Origin: Pseudomonadota bacterium
GTDB lineage: Bacteria; Pseudomonadota; Alphaproteobacteria; Rhodobacterales; Rhodobacteraceae
Length of the DNA stretch: 64,000 nt
Direction of reading: 5' to 3'
NCBI GenBank assembly: GCA_038744815.1
Contig: JBCDLY010000007.1
Location: 69,620 to 133,619, forward strand
In this document: one piece after another, positions 57,147-64,000 of the stretch
Position numbering within the stretch: the stretch's first letter is position 1
Layout of the letters: every line of letters begins with the position of its first letter
The notes under the pieces: generated by a model
Told to the model about the DNA's origin: nothing
The model's database searches: none
What the model saw: the letters and a program-made list of their open reading frames with translations, nothing else
Program-made: the position numbers and the translations under genes

Positions 57147-57845
57147 ATGTTGGAATTGAAAGAGATCACGCTTCATTATGGGCAGAGCGAAATCTTGCAT
57201 GGGGTGGATTTGCATGCCTCGGTCGGCGAGATCACCTGCTTGATGGGGGTCAATGGCGTCGGAAAGACGTCGCTTTTGAAAGTGGTCGCTGGCACGCATG
57301 CCCATTCGGGTGGCAGCTATATCCTGAATGGGGTGGAACAAGCGCCCAAAACCTCAGCCCATGTCTTGGCCAAGCAAGGTGTGGGCTATGTGCCCCAGGG
57401 GCGCGATATCTTTCCGCTGCTCACCGTGCGGGAGAATATGGAAATCGGTTTTGCCTGTTTGGAGAGGTCGCAGCGGGTCGTGCCCGATGAATTGTTCGAG
57501 CTATTTCCGGTTTTAAAAGAGATGCAGAACCGACGCGGCGGGGACCTTTCTGGTGGGCAGCAACAGCAATTGGCGATTGCGCGGGCTTTGGTGACCAAGC
57601 CCAAATTGCTTTTGCTGGACGAGCCGACAGAGGGCATTCAGCCCAATATCATCCAGCAGATCGGCCGCGTGATCGGCTATCTCAAAGATCAAGGCGATAT
57701 GGCGATCCTGTTGGTCGAGCAATATTTCGAGTTCGCCTTTGGCTTGGCCGACCATATCTATTCGATGCGCCGCGGAGAGATCATTCTGGCGGGTGAAAAA
57801 AATCGATTGAAGAAGAAGGATGTTCTGGCAACACTCGCCGTATAG
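57147..57845 (+). CDS. urtE: urea ABC transporter ATP-binding protein
   Basis: Walker A GVNGVGKTS, signature LSGGQQQQLAIARAL and Walker B LLLLDEP. Confidence 0.92.
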   Translation: MLELKEITLHYGQSEILHGVDLHASVGEITCLMGVNGVGKTSLLKVVAGTHAHSGGSYILNGVEQAPKTSAHVLAKQGVGYVPQGRDIFPLLTVRENMEIGFACLERSQRVVPDELFELFPVLKEMQNRRGGDLSGGQQQQLAIARALVTKPKLLLLDEPTEGIQPNIIQQIGRVIGYLKDQGDMAILLVEQYFEFAFGLADHIYSMRRGEIILAGEKNRLKKKDVLATLAV

Positions 57846-57847
57846 CT

Positions 57848-58666
57848 ATGTTGGATGGATTGGCTGATATCACACTGCAGCGCGCGCGGGGTCGGGCCGA
57901 GCTTGCATTTGATGGCGCTAACGGGCGCACGCGCCTGCGACATTTGCATCAATCGGGCTGTTTGAAAGTGATGCTGCCGCGCACCCATGCAGAGGTCACG
58001 GATGCGGTCTTGATCAATACGGCGGGTGGCTTGACGGGGGGCGATCACCTCTCAACGCATGTCGCCTTACGCGGCGGGGCCGAGCTGCGCTTGGCTACGC
58101 AAACCGCCGAGCGTATTTATAAAAGCACGGGCGGGCCCGCAGAGGTTGCGCTGCGTTTCGATCTGGAAGCGGGCAGCCGGTTCGATTGGCTCGCCCAGGA
58201 AACGATTTTGTTTCAACAGGGCCGGGTGGCGCGGCGCATCGATGTGGACATGGATGAAAGCGCGTCACTCTTGCTTGTGGAACCCATCGTGTTGGGGCGT
58301 CTGAAAATGGGAGAGCGCGTGAGCGATGCGCTCTTGCATGATCGCTGGCGCGTGCGCCGCGCGGGCGCGCTTGTTTTTGCAGATGACACGCGCCTGTACG
58401 ATTTTGAGGCAGCGGCGCGCAGAGCTTGCTTGGGTGGCGCCACGGCGCTGGCGAGTGTGTTGATGGTGGACCCGATGGCCGAGGATTTGCGAGAGCGAAT
58501 TGGGGATGGCGGGCCGGAAGAAGGTGTCGAACTGGGCCTGAGCGCGTGGAATGGCATGTTGTTGATCCGGCTTTTGGCGCAGGACCCCCTAGCCCTGCGC
58601 CGAAAACTTTGTACGCTGATTGAAACGCTGCGCGGGCGGGACATGCCGCGCGTTTGGACGATGTGA
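57848..58666 (+). CDS. ureD: urease accessory protein UreD
   Basis: A 272-aa ORF directly upstream of ureA, with LINTAGGLTGGD, typical of UreD/UreH. Confidence 0.88.
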   Translation: MLDGLADITLQRARGRAELAFDGANGRTRLRHLHQSGCLKVMLPRTHAEVTDAVLINTAGGLTGGDHLSTHVALRGGAELRLATQTAERIYKSTGGPAEVALRFDLEAGSRFDWLAQETILFQQGRVARRIDVDMDESASLLLVEPIVLGRLKMGERVSDALLHDRWRVRRAGALVFADDTRLYDFEAAARRACLGGATALASVLMVDPMAEDLRERIGDGGPEEGVELGLSAWNGMLLIRLLAQDPLALRRKLCTLIETLRGRDMPRVWTM

Positions 58667-58672
58667 GGACCG

Positions 58673-58975
58673 ATGAACCTAACACCCAGGGAAAAAGATA
58701 AATTGCTGGTCAGTTTGGCCGCCATGGTGGCGCGCGGGCGGCTCGCGCGGGGCGTGAAGCTGAACCACCCCGAGGCGATCGCTTTGATCACTGATTTTGT
58801 GGTTGAGGGCGCGCGCGATGGTCGCTCGGTTGCCGATCTGATGGCGGCGGGCGGCACGGTGGTGAGCGCAGATCAATGTATGGAGGGCGTGGCTGAGATG
58901 ATCCATGACGTGCAGGTGGAGGCGACCTTTCCCGATGGAACAAAACTGGTCACAGTGCACCACCCCATTCGTTAG
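58673..58975 (+). CDS. ureA: urease gamma subunit
   Basis: [39 protein letters not shown] is the canonical UreA sequence. The protein is 100 aa. Confidence 0.97.
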   Translation: MNLTPREKDKLLVSLAAMVARGRLARGVKLNHPEAIALITDFVVEGARDGRSVADLMAAGGTVVSADQCMEGVAEMIHDVQVEATFPDGTKLVTVHHPIR

Positions 58976-58977
58976 AG

Positions 58978-59002
58978 CAAAGGGGGCTCTCTGCCCCCTT
59001 TG
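58978..59002 (+). other. Perfect 10-bp stem-loop between ureA and ureB
   Basis: CAAAGGGGGC(tctct)GCCCCCTTTG begins 3 nt after the ureA stop. No T-tract follows it. Confidence 0.7.
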
Positions 59003-59041
59003 GAACCCCCGAGGATATTTTTAGACAGAAGAAGAAGCGGC

Positions 59042-59346
59042 ATGATACCAGGAGAAGTAATCCCGAAAGCGGGCGAGATTGAGTTGAATGCGGGCGCGGA
59101 GGTCGTGACGCTTTTGGTGTCGAATACGGGCGACCGGCCTGTTCAAGTGGGCAGCCACTATCATTTCTTTGAGACCAATACCGCGCTCGATTTTGATCGC
59201 GACGCTGCGCGCGGAATGCGTTTGGACATCGCCGCAGGGACCGCCGTGCGGTTTGAGCCCGGACAATCACGGGAGGTTAATTTGGTGCCCTTGGCGGGTG
59301 CGCGGCAGGTTTATGGGTTCAATCAACAAGTCATGGGGGCGCTCTG

Positions 59347-59347
<1 letters not shown>
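59042..59347 (+). CDS. ureB: urease beta subunit
   Basis: [18 protein letters not shown]...[14 protein letters not shown] is the canonical UreB sequence. I prefer the ATG at 59042. Confidence 0.96.
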
Positions 59348-61056
<1,709 letters not shown>

Positions 61057-61062
61057 TTTTCA

Positions 61063-61812
61063 ATGTCCAAGATTACTCCCGAAATGATTGAAATCAATTA
61101 TGAAGAAGCCTGCAACGCCTATCGGAGCAACGGGCAGTACTCTGTCAAAGAAGCGATTTCAGCAACGGTCAAAAAATCTGGCATGTCTGCTGGATCTGCC
61201 TCGGATGGTGTACGTAATCTTTTTCAAATGTTGGCGGGTGAAAGCTATCATCGAACTTTTAGTAAAGAGGCTACCCGAATTTTCTTTGGAAACATTCTCA
61301 GAGATTTCGGTCCAAAAGGACTTTCGAATGCCATCAAGGCTACTGAACTTCACTTAGACTACTATGATGGTCTTAAAACGGGTGGGAAAAGCCCAGGCCG
61401 ACGAGCCATTGTAATTGAATTCAAAACCTTCATTTCCGACGAACTCAAAATTCTAGACATAGATTTTGAAGAACAAGTAGAGCGAGCGGCTGATGACGCC
61501 GAGGATGTGCGGCTTTTACGGCTTTCACAAGCATCCGGACTTGCCGAGAAAGAGATGCGTCTCACAACCTACATCAAACGTAACCCAGATGTTGTTGCGC
61601 AGGTTCTTGCGACAGCTAACGGCATCTGTGGATACTGTAGAAAAGAGGCGCCATTCAAACGTAAAAAAAATGGAGAACCTTATTTAGAAGTGCATCACAA
61701 AATACCATTGGCAGAAGGCGGCCTAGACAATCTTGAGAATGCGATTGCGCTCTGCCCGAATTGCCACAGAGAGGCGCATTTTGGACTAGATTGGAAGAAA
61801 TTCAGAAAATGA
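61063..61812 (+). CDS. HNH-nuclease domain protein (McrA/COG3183-like C-terminus, unknown about 170-aa N-domain) inserted in the urease operon
   Basis: The C-terminus CGYCRKEAPF...YLEVHHKIPLAEGGLDNLENAIALCPNCHREAHFG is a CxxC...HH...N...CxxCH HNH zinc-finger motif. The gene is markedly AT-richer than ureC and ureE. Its TGA overlaps the ureE ATG as ATGA. Confidence 0.85.
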   Translation: MSKITPEMIEINYEEACNAYRSNGQYSVKEAISATVKKSGMSAGSASDGVRNLFQMLAGESYHRTFSKEATRIFFGNILRDFGPKGLSNAIKATELHLDYYDGLKTGGKSPGRRAIVIEFKTFISDELKILDIDFEEQVERAADDAEDVRLLRLSQASGLAEKEMRLTTYIKRNPDVVAQVLATANGICGYCRKEAPFKRKKNGEPYLEVHHKIPLAEGGLDNLENAIALCPNCHREAHFGLDWKKFRK

Positions 61813-62255
61813 TCCGTGCAGCCGAAAATCTCCATTCGCATGACGAGGCTTTCGACAGCGTCACACTGACTTATGAAGCGCGCTTTCGACGTCGCATTGT
61901 GATGACCAGCGATGGCGGGATGGAGTTCCTGCTTGATCTGCCCAAGGTGACGGATCTGAAGCATGGCGATTGTCTGGTTCTAGAAGATGGGCGGCTGATC
62001 AAAATCGTGGCCGCTGACGAACCGCTGCTGAAGATTACGGCCGACGACCCGCAACATCTGACGCGCCTGGTTTGGCACATCGGGAACCGACATCTGCCTT
62101 GTCAGATCGAGGCGGATCATATCCTGATCACGCCTGATCCGGTGATTGCGGACATGGTCCGGCATTTGGGCGGCACGATCGCCGAAATCACGCAACCCTT
62201 TACGCCAGAGGGCGGCGCCTATGGCCATGGACGGACACACAGCCATGAGCATTAG
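61809..62255 (+). CDS. ureE: urease accessory protein UreE
   Basis: It has a His-rich C-terminus ([10 protein letters not shown]) and sits between ureC and ureF. The ATG at 61809 gives 148 aa. The track start at 61761 lies inside the HNH gene. Confidence 0.88.
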   Translation: MIRAAENLHSHDEAFDSVTLTYEARFRRRIVMTSDGGMEFLLDLPKVTDLKHGDCLVLEDGRLIKIVAADEPLLKITADDPQHLTRLVWHIGNRHLPCQIEADHILITPDPVIADMVRHLGGTIAEITQPFTPEGGAYGHGRTHSHEH

Positions 62256-62868
62256 TTCCCATCGCATCATGGCATGGCTGTCGCCCAGTTTTCCAACTGG
62301 GGCCTTTGCGTACAGTCACGGGTTGGAATACGCGATCCATGCAGGCGATGTGACCAATGCTGCCGAGCTTAGAGACTGGCTGGAGGTTTTGTTGCGCTTC
62401 GGGGCAGCACGCAATGATGCGATCCTTTTGGCGCATGCCTATCGCGGGGAGGAGGTCCTCGATCTGGCCTCGGCACTGGCCGGGTCTAAAGAACGGCATC
62501 AAGAGACTTGGGATCAAGGCCGCGCTTTTGCGCGCACCGCGCAGACGCTCTTAGATGTTCACTTGGATGCAGCACCTTTGCCTTGCGTTTTGGCCCAAGC
62601 GGCAGCGGAAGCCGATATCGAATTGGAAGAGTTCCTTCCAATGGCGCTGCATGCTTTCGCTGCGAACCTGGTTTCAGTGGCGATCCGTTTGGTCCCGCTG
62701 GGACAGACCGAAGGGCAAACGGTTTTACAAAACCTATTTCCAATCATCGATGACATTGCGGCGGAGGCGATGGCTGCAACACTCGATGATCTGGGCAACA
62801 TGGCCTTCAGAGCGGATATCGCAGCGATGAAACATGAAACCATGACCACGCGGATTTTTAGAACATGA
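62245..62868 (+). CDS. ureF: urease accessory protein UreF
   Basis: [21 protein letters not shown] is typical of UreF. The start is uncertain among ATGs at 62221, 62245 and 62266. The protein ends with a TGA overlapping the ureG ATG. Confidence 0.88.
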   Translation: MSISSHRIMAWLSPSFPTGAFAYSHGLEYAIHAGDVTNAAELRDWLEVLLRFGAARNDAILLAHAYRGEEVLDLASALAGSKERHQETWDQGRAFARTAQTLLDVHLDAAPLPCVLAQAAAEADIELEEFLPMALHAFAANLVSVAIRLVPLGQTEGQTVLQNLFPIIDDIAAEAMAATLDDLGNMAFRADIAAMKHETMTTRIFRT

Positions 62869-63473
62869 ACGGACCTTTGCGCATCGGGATTGGCGGGCCA
62901 GTGGGCGCCGGAAAAACCGCGCTGACCGAGGCGCTTTGCCGGGCGCTGCACCCCAAGATCAATATGGCTGTGGTCACAAACGACATCTACACCTCGGAAG
63001 ATGCCGAATATCTGATGCGCAAACAGGTCTTGCCATTGGACCGCATCCGGGGCGTGGAAACAGGCGGCTGCCCGCATACCGCGATCCGCGAAGATGCGTC
63101 GATCAATCTGGCCGCGATCGCTGATCTGACCACGCAGCATCCCGATCTGGAACTCGTCCTGATCGAAAGTGGTGGCGACAATCTGGCGGCCACGTTCAGC
63201 CCTGAATTGGCTGACCTGACGATCTATGTGATCTCGGTTGCGATGGGCGAAGAAATCCCGCGTAAGGGCGGGCTGGGCATCACGAAGTCGGACATCTTAA
63301 TCATCAACAAAACCGATCTGGCCCCTTATGTGGACGTTGACCTCGCCGTCATGGATCGCGATGCCAAGGCACAACGTGGCCCGTTGCCCACAGTCTTTAC
63401 CAATCTAAAAACGGGCGATGGCGTGAAAACCGTTCTTGAGCAAATCGATGGAAAGTCCGGTCTCTTTCGCTGA
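62865..63473 (+). CDS. ureG: urease accessory GTPase UreG
   Basis: [18 protein letters not shown] is the P-loop; ESGGDNL and INKTDLAP are also present. The protein is 202 aa. Confidence 0.96.
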   Translation: MNGPLRIGIGGPVGAGKTALTEALCRALHPKINMAVVTNDIYTSEDAEYLMRKQVLPLDRIRGVETGGCPHTAIREDASINLAAIADLTTQHPDLELVLIESGGDNLAATFSPELADLTIYVISVAMGEEIPRKGGLGITKSDILIINKTDLAPYVDVDLAVMDRDAKAQRGPLPTVFTNLKTGDGVKTVLEQIDGKSGLFR

Positions 63474-64000
63474 CGAAATTGGACAAAAGAGTTCCAACCG
63501 TTTGCGGTCAATAGATTGGCTCAAAGAGCCGGCGGTTTCACATCTCAATGTCAGCAATCCCATTCGTTCAAGACCTCTTTATGAAATCTATAAAGGTCAG
63601 CTTCCCGCTCAAATGACTCTGAGTCCTGTTGATCTCAATTTGAGCGGACCGAATTTATAAGAGCAGCTGATTTTAGAGAACTCTTGGATTAAGTCACTTT
63701 CTCTTTGTTTGCGGGAAGGTTTCGCCAACGGTTCACGAGCAACACCTTTGGAGGATAAGTCGTAAAGTATAGCGAATTTAGTGGGGTTTTAGGTGGGTAA
63801 ATGATCAAAAACCTGAAAAAGAATTTATCTTCAACGTTCAGTAGTGGAGACGAACCTTGGTTACGGTATATGATTAAATCCTATTAATTACAGAGATTTA
63901 GAAGATGCAGAACTATATACTGTAACGATAAATTATAGCAAAATCATCGCTTGAGCTTGATCAAATGATTGTCCCATTGGGTTTCATGTTGGCGTTGTGC

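Noticed and set aside
63436-63660. A 74-aa plus-strand ORF starting inside ureG and running into the AT-rich region.
   Set aside because: It overlaps the well-supported ureG frame. It has no family features, and its codon composition merely follows the AT-rich DNA.

Overview
This 64-kb window comes from an alphaproteobacterium of the Rhodobacterales type; the lineage call is inferred from gene content and order. Positions 1 to about 34 kb are a purple-bacterial photosynthesis gene cluster (PGC). Its order is crtD (partial, minus), then crtE-crtF-bchCXYZ-pufQBALM-(pufX-like)-dxs on the plus strand. A convergent minus-strand block follows: idi-bchP-(pucC-like)-bchG-ppsR-ppaA. The plus strand then carries bchFNBHLM-lhaA-puhABC-(bciE-like)-acsF-puhE-hemA. 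A Tat-signal pseudoazurin and three more haem-branch genes (hemF, hemE, hemC) sit directly next to it. PpsR/CrtJ-type TGT-N12-ACA operators lie in the crtD/crtE, crtF/bchC, ppsR/bchG, ppaA/bchF and hemE/hemC intergenic regions. Classic puf mRNA hairpins flank pufBA and follow pufX. The right half is housekeeping or accessory: glpK/glpD, manC, a hyuA-hyuB hydantoinase/oxoprolinase pair with an FAD oxidoreductase, a visibly AT-richer 958-aa three-domain glycosyltransferase, a LysR regulator, the urea ABC transporter urtABCDE, and the urease operon ureDABC-EFG. I saw no rRNA, tRNA, CRISPR array, transposase or integrase. Six observations seem most worth a second look. (1) A structured 178-bp insert between bchY and bchZ, with a perfect 19-bp palindrome, phased CTGTACAG repeats and a 61-codon ORF stop/start-coupled at both ends. 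(2) An AT-rich HNH-nuclease gene wedged between ureC and ureE and ATGA-coupled to ureE. (3) A PufX-like peptide, with no pufC, in an otherwise aerobic-phototroph-style cluster. (4) A pseudoazurin appended to the PGC. (5) The solitary multi-domain glycosyltransferase. (6) A PpsR operator abutting the bchG start codon. All protein-family calls rest on reading the supplied translations against remembered family motifs and synteny; no database search was run.
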